Below are positions 18,545 through 26,299 of a DNA stretch of 32,000 nt, piece after piece. The DNA comes from Sphingomonadaceae bacterium. GTDB lineage: Bacteria > Pseudomonadota > Alphaproteobacteria > Sphingomonadales > Sphingomonadaceae. Location: positions 1-32,000 of the forward strand of contig JACVCM010000016.1 in assembly GCA_016742125.1 (NCBI GenBank), given 5' to 3'. Below the pieces are notes generated by a model. The model did not search any database. It was not told the DNA's origin and saw only the letters and a program-made list of their open reading frames with translations. Position 1 is the stretch's first letter. Each line of letters opens with the position of its first letter. A program made the translations under genes and the position numbers.

Positions 18545-18581
18545 CGGTCCGGCATGAAGGCTCCCCCCTCTCGCCGGACCG
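18545..18581 (-). terminator. Intra-cluster hairpin (attenuator or partial terminator) between tonB and exbB
   Basis: Perfect 9-bp stem CGGTCCGGC/GCCGGACCG with a 19-nt loop. On the minus strand it is followed by ATTTTG. Confidence 0.35.
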
Positions 18582-18585
18582 TAAA

Positions 18586-19248
18586 TCATTTTGGAATCTG
18601 CCACCGGACACGGTTCGAATAGCTGCCCTGGACAGGCTCGCCATTCTGCAATGCCGGTTCGAAACGCGCCCGGCGCTTCACATTGGTGCAGGTTGCGGCA
18701 TCCAGATCGGGATGGCCGCTCGACGACGTGATCTGGCAATCGATCACCCGACCGTTCGTGTCGATCGTGACACGGAAACCGGTCGTGCCCTCACGCTCCT
18801 GCTGCAACGCCCGCGACGGGTAGTCGTTGGTATTGGCCCAGTTGCCGGGATTGCCCTTTGGCTTGGCAGCCGAGGTCGGACCAGCTGGCGGGGGTGGTGG
18901 CGGCGGCGCGGCTGGCGCAGGCGGAGCAGCCGTAGGCACGATAGGCGCAGCAGGCGGCGGAGTATCGACCGTCCGCACCGTTGGCGGCGGCGTTACCGTC
19001 TTGACGAGCGGCGGCGGCGAAACAACCGGCGGCTCAATCTGCTTCTCCGGCTCTGGCGGCGGCTCCTCTTCTTCTGGCGGCTCTTCTTCCTTCACGTCTA
19101 CGACGGTCATTTTTTCCTTGATGGATTTGACGGCATCATAAGCGAGGCCGGTCACCAAGGCGTAACCCAAGAAAGCGTGAAGCAGGATAACGATGATGAC
19201 CGAAACCAGCCGGTTTGTGCTCATCCCTTCTTGATCAGCATATGCCAT
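18586..19248 (-). CDS. tonB: Energy transducer TonB
   Basis: N-terminal anchor VSVIIVILLHAFLGYALV, a Glu/Pro then Pro-rich spacer (EEPPEEEEPPPEPE...PPPPPPPAGP), and a C-terminal TonB domain (YPSRALQQEREGTTGFRVTIDTNGRV...). Confidence 0.85.
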   Translation of the reverse strand: MAYADQEGMSTNRLVSVIIVILLHAFLGYALVTGLAYDAVKSIKEKMTVVDVKEEEPPEEEEPPPEPEKQIEPPVVSPPPLVKTVTPPPTVRTVDTPPPAAPIVPTAAPPAPAAPPPPPPPAGPTSAAKPKGNPGNWANTNDYPSRALQQEREGTTGFRVTIDTNGRVIDCQITSSSGHPDLDAATCTNVKRRARFEPALQNGEPVQGSYSNRVRWQIPK

Positions 19249-19502
19249 GCGGAAACAACTCTCCTACCTTCAAAACAAAAAGCATATCACGACCGCATAT
19301 TTTGATGGATGCGCCCGAAATACCCCCACGATATCGAAATTTTCTGTTCTAACCTTCGATTCATCGAAGCTTTAGCCAAGGGATTGGAGGCAAGCAATCC
19401 GGATTCTGCGATTCATCCGCAATTAAGGCGACAGGCTATCATAAGGGGACAGATTGGCCTAGCGCGCCATTTCCGGTTATGTGCGGTGCGGTGAAAGGAA
19501 CG

Positions 19503-20360
19503 ATGATGAAAGCGGCACGGTTGAGCATTGGAATCGCGGCACTATTGCTGGGATTTGACGGCATGGCGTCGGCGCAGACATCGCCCGCGCTTCCACCGGC
19601 ACTGGCAATACAGCCCGAGGGCGCCGCCTATGCAGATATAGCCGATCTGGTCGTCATCTCGCCGCTGATCGTCGATGCCACCATCCGCAGCGCACGAAAA
19701 ATTGCGCCCGAACAGGCGGTGGGCGTCCCTGCAACTTTGCAGCGGATGCTGGTGGAGGCAGATGTAACGGCGCTGATTCGCGGTCAGGGCGGCATCACAC
19801 CGCGCGTACGTTTCCTGCTCGACGTGCCGAAGGACGCAAAAGGCAAACTGCCAAAGCTGAAGAAGGCCCGCCTGTTCCTGCTGGGCAGCACGGTGGCAGG
19901 GCGTCCGGGAGAGATCCGTCTGTCGCGTCCCAACGCGCTCGTCCAGTGGAGCGCCGCAAATGACGCGCTGGTTCGCAGCATCACGCAGGAAGCGGTGCAG
20001 ATCGACGCTCCCCCCGCGATAACGGGTATCGCCAGCGGCTTCTATAGCGCCGGCACGGTCATCGGCGAGGGCGAGACGCAGATTTTCCTGCGCACCGCGA
20101 ATGACCAGCCGATGTCGCTATCGGTCCTGAGCCGCCCCGGGCAGGAAAAGCGCTGGGCCATATCCACGGCGGAGGTGATCGACGAATCCGCGACCGCGCC
20201 GGCCAAATTCACGCTGCTATGGTACCGCCTGGCCTGCGGGTTGCCCCGGGTGTTGCCATCGGAGCGGGTCGAGGGTGCCGAAAGCGATACCGCCGCACGG
20301 GCCCAGGCGGATTATAAATTCGTCCTCGACTCGCTGGGTCCGTGCGGACGCAAGCGCTAG
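19503..20360 (+). CDS. Secreted hypothetical protein
   Basis: The start at 19503 after AAAGGA gives the signal peptide MMKAARLSIGIAALLLGFDGMASAQ. No domain recognised. Confidence 0.55.
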   Translation: MMKAARLSIGIAALLLGFDGMASAQTSPALPPALAIQPEGAAYADIADLVVISPLIVDATIRSARKIAPEQAVGVPATLQRMLVEADVTALIRGQGGITPRVRFLLDVPKDAKGKLPKLKKARLFLLGSTVAGRPGEIRLSRPNALVQWSAANDALVRSITQEAVQIDAPPAITGIASGFYSAGTVIGEGETQIFLRTANDQPMSLSVLSRPGQEKRWAISTAEVIDESATAPAKFTLLWYRLACGLPRVLPSERVEGAESDTAARAQADYKFVLDSLGPCGRKR

Positions 20361-20364
20361 AATT

Positions 20365-21330
20365 TCAAGGCGCGCTGTAGATCGGGGCCGCCTCCGCAAG
20401 CACCAGGGTGAACCAGTCGTTGTCGGCGCTCCAGTCCGCCAAGGGGGTCCAGCACCCGGCGCGCAACAACAGCCGAAGCCCCCGCAGATCATATTTGTGG
20501 CTGTTTTCGGTGTGAATGCCCTCACCCTCACGCATTGCAAAAACCTCGCCCGCGACGCTGAACCTGACGGCACGGGTGCATCGCAGGTGCATCTCGATCC
20601 GCGACTGCATGTCATTCCACAGGACTTCATGCACAAATGCGTCGACGGGGATGTCGCCACCAAGTTCGCGGTTGATACGGTGCAACAGGTTCAGATTGAA
20701 TGCGGCGGTGACCCCGGCCGCATCGTTATAGGCCGGAATAAGCACGCTGGTCGGCTTGACCCGGTCGAAACCGATAAGCAGCTTGGCGCCTTCATTCAGC
20801 GTCTCGCGCATGTGACGCAGCAAATTCACACTGCTGCGCGGCACAAAATTTCCAATCGTCGATCCGGGGAAGAACCCCAACCGCTGCGTACCATCGACAT
20901 CGTCGGGTAATGTCATGGCCTGTGTAAAGTCGGCTTCGATCGGGACGACGTTCACATCGGGAAATTTCGCCTGCACCAAATCTGCCGAGGCCCGGAGATA
21001 ATCGCCGGAAATATCGACGGGCACATAGGCAGAAGGCTTGATGGCCTGCAGCAACAACGGTGTCTTGGTCGCGCTGCCCGCGCCGAATTCGATCACCGCC
21101 GCTCCCGGACCCACATATCTGGCAACATCAGTCAGGCAGCGTTCGAGCAGCTTCGTCTCGGTCCGCGTCGGATAATATTCGGGAAGCCGGGTGATTTCAT
21201 CGAACAGTTCTGAGCCCCGCTCGTCATACAGCCAGCGCGCCGGGATCGCACGGCGCGGGCCGCGCAACCCTTCGAGCACGTCGGCGCGAAACACCGGGTC
21301 CGCGCGCAGATCGATATCCGCCTCAGACAT
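20365..21330 (-). CDS. egtD: L-histidine N(alpha)-methyltransferase (ergothioneine biosynthesis)
   Basis: 321 aa from ATG 21330. Family signature RWLYDERGSELFDEITRLPEYYPTRTETKLL, and the SAM-binding VIEFGAGSATKT. The start overlaps the egtB stop (ATGTCTGA). Confidence 0.85.
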   Translation of the reverse strand: MSEADIDLRADPVFRADVLEGLRGPRRAIPARWLYDERGSELFDEITRLPEYYPTRTETKLLERCLTDVARYVGPGAAVIEFGAGSATKTPLLLQAIKPSAYVPVDISGDYLRASADLVQAKFPDVNVVPIEADFTQAMTLPDDVDGTQRLGFFPGSTIGNFVPRSSVNLLRHMRETLNEGAKLLIGFDRVKPTSVLIPAYNDAAGVTAAFNLNLLHRINRELGGDIPVDAFVHEVLWNDMQSRIEMHLRCTRAVRFSVAGEVFAMREGEGIHTENSHKYDLRGLRLLLRAGCWTPLADWSADNDWFTLVLAEAAPIYSAP

Positions 21331-22558
21331 CTTTCGCCAGGCGCAGTCCGGTAAACTGCCAACGCTGATGCGGGTAGAAGAAATTGCGATAACTTGCGCG
21401 GCAATGTCCACGCGGCGTCGCACAACTGCCGCCGCGCAGTACAAACTGCCCGCTCATGAACTTGCCATTATATTCGCCGACCGCGCCTTCCGCTGCGCGA
21501 AAACCCGGATAGGGCCGATAGGCGCTTCCCGTCCACTGCCAGACATTGCCGAATAACGCACGGGCTTGCGATGCAGACGGACGGACCGCGCAGGGCGCAT
21601 CGAGCTGATTGCCGCCATCCGGATCATGCATCTCGGCGACAACTTCCCATTCGGCCTCGGTCGGCAGCCGTGCCCCTGCCCAGCTTGCATAGGCATCGGC
21701 TTCATACAGGCTGACATGCGTGATCGGAGCTGCCGGATCGACCGCACGCAGGCCGTCCAGCCCGAATGTCAGCCATCGGCCTTCATTATCCTGTTCCCAA
21801 TATAGCGGTGCAGCGATACCCTCTCGCTGCACCCAGGCCCAACCATCGGACAACCAGTGTCGCGGCTCGCTATAGCCGCACTCGTTCATGAACTGCATCC
21901 ATTCGCCATTGGTGACAGTTCGGTCGGCAAGCGCAAAAGGTTGCAGCAGCACCTTATGACGCGGACCTTCGCAGTCGAAGGCAAAGCCTTTACCGCTATA
22001 GCCAATCGACTGGATACCCGACGGGCCTTCGATCCATTCGAGCGGCGCGACGTCGGGTGTCGCCTCACGCAACACCGGTTCCGGCCAAAGGGCTGGGAAG
22101 GTCGGATTTTGTGCAAACAGGTGAAGAATATCGGTAAGCAGCAATTCCTGATGTTGTTGCTCGTGATGGATGCCGAGTTCTATCAACTGCAATGCGGCGT
22201 CAGGAAAATTGTTCCACTGGGCGTCCACCGCCGCCTCGACATGGGCGCGATAGTCCAGCACCTGCGCCAAGGTCGGCCTGGTAATCAGCCCGCGTGCTGC
22301 ACGCGAATGCCGCGCACCCTCGGCTTCATAATAGCTGTTGAAAAGATAGGCGAAGCTGTCGTCAAAGGCGCGGTAGCCCGCAACATGGTCGCGCAATATA
22401 AAGCTTTCCAGAAACCAGGTAACATGCGCCAGATGCCATTTGGCTGGAGAGGCGTCGGGCATCGACTGGACCGTGGCGTCTGCATCGGACAGCGGGGCCG
22501 CGAGATCGGTGGTCAGTTTGCGCGTGGCAAAAAAACGGCTTTTGAGATCGGGGGTCAC
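21323..22558 (-). CDS. egtB: Ergothioneine biosynthesis sulfoxide synthase (hercynine oxygenase): DinB-like plus FGE-sulfatase domains
   Basis: KWHLAHVTWFLESF, HHEQQHQELLLTDI, GNVWQWTGSAYRPYPGF, RGGSCATP. I chose the GTG start at 22558 because it forms a GTGA overlap with the upstream stop. The ATG at 22618 would overlap the upstream gene by 64 nt. Confidence 0.8.
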   Translation of the reverse strand: MTPDLKSRFFATRKLTTDLAAPLSDADATVQSMPDASPAKWHLAHVTWFLESFILRDHVAGYRAFDDSFAYLFNSYYEAEGARHSRAARGLITRPTLAQVLDYRAHVEAAVDAQWNNFPDAALQLIELGIHHEQQHQELLLTDILHLFAQNPTFPALWPEPVLREATPDVAPLEWIEGPSGIQSIGYSGKGFAFDCEGPRHKVLLQPFALADRTVTNGEWMQFMNECGYSEPRHWLSDGWAWVQREGIAAPLYWEQDNEGRWLTFGLDGLRAVDPAAPITHVSLYEADAYASWAGARLPTEAEWEVVAEMHDPDGGNQLDAPCAVRPSASQARALFGNVWQWTGSAYRPYPGFRAAEGAVGEYNGKFMSGQFVLRGGSCATPRGHCRASYRNFFYPHQRWQFTGLRLAKDV

Positions 22559-23136
22559 CGCGATCCGCCCGGCGCCCACAAGATATCGCCGCCGCGGGTA
22601 GAATTGATCAGGCGGCACAGAACAAACAGGTAATCCGACAGACGGTTCAGGTAAGTTACGGCCTGCGGATTGATGTTGGCTGCCTGTGACGCAGCCACGA
22701 GAGCACGTTCCGCACGGCGCGCGATGGTGCGTGCCATATGCATATGCGCGGCTGCGGCACTGCCCCCCGGCAGAATGAAACTGGTCAGTGGCGGCAATTG
22801 ATCGTTGGCCGCGTCTATCGCAGCCTCCAGCCAGTCGACCTGTACCGCTACAATCCGGAGCTCCATCTGCGACGGTTCGAAACTGTCCCCCGGTGTGGCT
22901 ATATCCGCGCCGAGGTCGAACAGGTCGTTCTGGATGCGGCGCAGGCCTGCGACCAGTTGCGTATTGCCTTCATCTGCCTCAAGCACCTGTATCGCAATGC
23001 CCAGAGCACTGTTGGCCTCATCCACTTCGCCGATGGCAACCAGGCGCGCGTCGGTTTTCGACACGCGCGAACCATCCACCAGCCCGGTCGTGCCGTCATC
23101 GCCGGTGCGGGTGTAGATCCTGTTCAGTTTGACCAT
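22555..23136 (-). CDS. ATP:cob(I)alamin adenosyltransferase, PduO type
   Basis: MVKLNRIYTRTGDDGTTGL...DEANSALG...FILPGGS signature of the PduO/MMAB family. Confidence 0.9.
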   Translation of the reverse strand: MVKLNRIYTRTGDDGTTGLVDGSRVSKTDARLVAIGEVDEANSALGIAIQVLEADEGNTQLVAGLRRIQNDLFDLGADIATPGDSFEPSQMELRIVAVQVDWLEAAIDAANDQLPPLTSFILPGGSAAAAHMHMARTIARRAERALVAASQAANINPQAVTYLNRLSDYLFVLCRLINSTRGGDILWAPGGSR

Positions 23137-23152
23137 GACCGCGGACAGCCGC

Positions 23153-23380
23153 CTATTGCGAGCCAGCCACCAGCAACAAGACGACCACCAGCATGATGGT
23201 TATTGCCTGCCACTTCACACGCGCGAACATCATCTTGTTCTGCATGGCGAGAGACTCGGGAATACCGTCTTTGTCGACTTCGGCAGGACGCATATTGGCA
23301 AAGGCATGGAGGCCGCGGACCAGCGCAAATGCGACAGCACCGGCAGAGGCAATGATGAGTAGAACCAGCAAGATAGTCAT
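23153..23380 (-). CDS. Twin-transmembrane-helix small protein (HIG1-domain-like)
   Basis: 75 aa with two hydrophobic helices (ILLVLLIIASAGAVAFALV and AITIMLVVVLLLVA). AAGGA RBS. The stop is 16 nt from the next start. Confidence 0.6.
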   Translation of the reverse strand: MTILLVLLIIASAGAVAFALVRGLHAFANMRPAEVDKDGIPESLAMQNKMMFARVKWQAITIMLVVVLLLVAGSQ

Positions 23381-23421
23381 GGGAGAATGTCCTTGTCGGG
23401 GTTGATACCCCTGTCTTCTAT

Positions 23422-24306
23422 CTAGGCATCGGACAGCGAAATGCCAAGCGGCACGAGGCCATTTTGCAAATCATCAATCAGCCCGCCACCATCCTCCGCG
23501 GCGAGCCGCCTTGCCGACAGCGCGGGCGAGGATTTGCTCTTGGCCAGTTTCTCGCCGCTCGCATCCAGCAACAATGGATGATGCCAATAGGCCGGCTCTG
23601 GCAGGCCGAGCAGTTGCTGCAGCAGACGGTGGATTGCGGTATAGGCAAACAGGTCGCGTCCCCGCACGACATGGCTTATGCCATCGGCGGCATCGTCGAC
23701 CGTCGCGGCAAGATGGTAAGAGGCTGGCGCATCCTTGCGCCACAGCACCACATCGCCGAACATCATGGGGTTGGCGAACTGTTCACCGGCGGCAAGGTCG
23801 TTCCATTTGAGCGGGCCGCCGATCCCGACCGCCTTCCCCATGTCGATGCGCCAGCTATGCGGCTGGCGCCCATCAATCTCCCGGGTGCGGCAGGTGCCGG
23901 GATAGTGCGGACCGTCGGGACCATGCTGCACCGGCTGGACCTTGAGCGCAGCGGCGATATCGCCGCGCGAGCAAGTACATCGGTAAAGCACGCCCATCGA
24001 CTTCAACCGGTCGAGCGCCCTTGCATAGCGTTCCAGATTTGCCGACTGGTAACTGACCGGGCCGTCATGCCCCAAACCCAGCCAGTCGATGTCCGCGAGG
24101 ATGGCGTCGATATGTTCGGGGCGGCTGCGGGTGCCGTCGATATCTTCGATGCGTAACCGAAAGGCGCCGTGGTGCGCTCTTGCAAAATCATGCGCGCATA
24201 AGGCAGAAAAAGCATGTCCGACATGCAACGCACCGTTCGGACTCGGCGCGAAGCGTGTGCGAACCTCGCCCTGTGGCGAAAAATCCATGACTGGCAAAAA
24301 ACCCAT
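23422..24306 (-). CDS. gluQ: tRNA glutamyl-Q(34) synthetase (GluQRS)
   Basis: Truncated GluRS catalytic domain: RFAPSPNGALHVGHAFSAL (HIGH) and GEKLAKSK (KMSKS-like). The start is uncertain (ATG 24306 or 24288), and neither has a clear RBS. Confidence 0.85.
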   Translation of the reverse strand: MGFLPVMDFSPQGEVRTRFAPSPNGALHVGHAFSALCAHDFARAHHGAFRLRIEDIDGTRSRPEHIDAILADIDWLGLGHDGPVSYQSANLERYARALDRLKSMGVLYRCTCSRGDIAAALKVQPVQHGPDGPHYPGTCRTREIDGRQPHSWRIDMGKAVGIGGPLKWNDLAAGEQFANPMMFGDVVLWRKDAPASYHLAATVDDAADGISHVVRGRDLFAYTAIHRLLQQLLGLPEPAYWHHPLLLDASGEKLAKSKSSPALSARRLAAEDGGGLIDDLQNGLVPLGISLSDA

Positions 24307-24435
24307 ATCTAGTGCGTTTGCCCTCTTGACGTCACAATATGTGCAAATAGGTTGGATTTGTCATGGCAAGTGTCAAAATGCTGTAACGCTGATAGGCTTA
24401 AAGCGGCTATGACAATAGGGGGAGAAGATTAGTTT

Positions 24436-25020
24436 ATGCTTCACACCGCCACTTTCGAAGCCGCGGGCGGCGCGCGACATCCGGAAAATTGTCCGGCGCT
24501 GGTGCTGAATGCGGACTATACCCCGCTCAGCTACTATCCGCTGAGCCTGTGGCCGTGGCAGACCGCGGTCAAGGCGGTTTTCCTCGAAAAAGTCGACATC
24601 GTATCGAGCTACGACCGGCATGTGCACAGCCCTAGCCTGGACATGAAAATCCCGTCGGTCATTGCGCTCAAACAATATGTGAAGCCGTCGGAATATCCAG
24701 CCTTTACCCGTTTCAACCTGTTCCTGCGCGACAAGTTTGAATGCCAATATTGCGGTTCGGGCGATAACCTGACCTTCGACCACATCATTCCGCGCCGTCT
24801 GGGTGGCATCACCAGCTGGGAAAATGTCACCACCGCCTGCCTGCCGTGCAATCTGAAGAAGGGCGGGCGAACGCCGAAGCAGGCGCATATGCAGCTCAAC
24901 ATGGCTGCCATCCGCCCGACAAGCTGGCAATTGCAGGACCGCGGCCGCGCCTTCCCGCCGAACCATCTGCACGAAACATGGCATGACTGGCTCTATTGGG
25001 ATATCGAGCTGGAGGCTTGA
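24436..25020 (+). CDS. HNH endonuclease family protein
   Basis: CQYCGSGDNLTFDHIIPRRLGGITSWENVTTACLPCNLKKG, i.e. CxxC...H...N...CxxC, preceded by an ~100-aa domain I do not recognise. Confidence 0.8.
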   Translation: MLHTATFEAAGGARHPENCPALVLNADYTPLSYYPLSLWPWQTAVKAVFLEKVDIVSSYDRHVHSPSLDMKIPSVIALKQYVKPSEYPAFTRFNLFLRDKFECQYCGSGDNLTFDHIIPRRLGGITSWENVTTACLPCNLKKGGRTPKQAHMQLNMAAIRPTSWQLQDRGRAFPPNHLHETWHDWLYWDIELEA

Positions 25021-25051
25021 GCAAAACTTTCATAAGGAAGGCTTGCGCTAG

Positions 25052-25118
25052 CCATATTAAAGTCTGGCATTGCTATAGAAGCCTTTAGGCTCCATATAGC
25101 AGTTAGACTTTAATATGG
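25052..25118. promoter_or_regulatory. Long imperfect palindrome with 14-bp perfect outer arms, overlapping the fic start codon
   Basis: CCATATTAAAGTCT (25052-25065) and AGACTTTAATATGG (25105-25118) are exact reverse complements. The inner arms GCTATAGAAGCC / GGCTCCATATAGC pair partially. The ATG at 25115 lies inside the right arm. Confidence 0.4.
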
Positions 25119-26293
25119 GATTTGGAATGCGTTCAACCGATGGCCGTTCCGGGCGATATGTAAAACAACCAAATCGTTATTCGGCTTTTATACCGGCTGA
25201 TTTGCCACCGACGCCGCACATTCAAGTCGATGGCACGCTTCAAACTGCTTTGTCGAAAGCAGATCGTGCGCTCGGGCGATTGGACGGATCGATTCAGACA
25301 CTCCCTGATCCTGAGCTGTTCGTGTTCATGTATGTTCGTAAGGAAGCGGTGCTTTCCAGTCAGATCGAAGGTACGCAATCATCGCTCAACGATCTATTGG
25401 AAGCCGAGGCTCGCCTTTTATCTCCCAAACGACCCAATGATGTCGGCGAGGTTATCAACTATGTGAATGCGATGAACTACGGCCTCAAGAGAATGGACGA
25501 CATTCCGGTTTCAATACGTTTGATTAAGGAGATACATGAAATCTTGCTGAAAAATGTTCGTGGCAATAACATGCAACCGGGCGAAATTCGGACCAGCCAG
25601 AATTGGATTGGCCCGCAAGGATGCTCCCTAAACGAAGCACTTTTTATCCCTCCTCCTCCGCACGAAGTCATGCAACATTTAGGTGCACTGGAAAATTTCA
25701 TTCACACCGAGACGGATATTCCGCCACTGATCAAAATTGGCCTGATCCACGCTCAGTTCGAGACAATCCATCCGTTTCTTGATGGCAACGGAAGGATCGG
25801 TCGATTGCTCATCACCTTCCTTCTGACAAACCAGACAAAAATCTTGATCAAGCCGGTTCTTTATTTGTCCTATTATTTCAAACGCCATCGCCAGGAATAT
25901 TATGACCGTCTGCAAGATATCCGGGACAAAGGCGCTTGGGAGGAATGGCTGACTTTTTTCCTGACGGCTGTAGCCGTCGTTAGCAATGAAGCCACTGACA
26001 CGGCGCGAGCCATCGTAAGCATGAGGGAGCGGCATCGCGAACTCGTGATCGAAAAATGCGGGCGGGCTGCGGGCAATGGTCTCAAGCTTCTGGAACATCT
26101 GTATCGCCAACCCATTTTGCAAGTCGGCGATGTGTCGAGCTTTTTAGCAGTCAGCTACCCCGCAGCAAATGAGATTGTGAACCGCATGGTCGAATTGGAG
26201 ATATTATCGGAAATCACCGGCAATGCCCGAAACAGGGTTTTCCAGTATTCTCCCTACGTCCGTCTATTTTCCGATCCGGTTCCGACGGGCTGA
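25115..26293 (+). CDS. fic: Fic family protein (class II, N-terminal auto-inhibitory helix; probable AMPylase) with a C-terminal winged-helix-like region
   Basis: Fic motif HPFLDGNGRIGR at 25769-25804. Inhibitory motif (S/T)xxxE(G/N) = SSQIEG at 25355-25372. G+C is far below the flanks. An alternative start is ATG 25127. Confidence 0.9.
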   Translation: MGFGMRSTDGRSGRYVKQPNRYSAFIPADLPPTPHIQVDGTLQTALSKADRALGRLDGSIQTLPDPELFVFMYVRKEAVLSSQIEGTQSSLNDLLEAEARLLSPKRPNDVGEVINYVNAMNYGLKRMDDIPVSIRLIKEIHEILLKNVRGNNMQPGEIRTSQNWIGPQGCSLNEALFIPPPPHEVMQHLGALENFIHTETDIPPLIKIGLIHAQFETIHPFLDGNGRIGRLLITFLLTNQTKILIKPVLYLSYYFKRHRQEYYDRLQDIRDKGAWEEWLTFFLTAVAVVSNEATDTARAIVSMRERHRELVIEKCGRAAGNGLKLLEHLYRQPILQVGDVSSFLAVSYPAANEIVNRMVELEILSEITGNARNRVFQYSPYVRLFSDPVPTG

Positions 26294-26299
26294 CCATCT

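Noticed and set aside
18827-19141. A Gly-rich 104-aa ORF, and the GGCGGCGG-type low-complexity DNA that could be taken for a tandem repeat.
   Set aside because: It is the antisense image of the proline-rich (CCG/CCA) spacer of TonB, not an independent repeat locus or gene.
19407-19421. The Fur-like sequence TGCGATT-C-ATCCGCA near the tonB cluster.
   Set aside because: Only 5 of 7 positions are palindromic, and it matches the Fur core at about 4 of 7 positions per half-site. It is also closer to the hypothetical gene than to tonB, so it is too weak to call.
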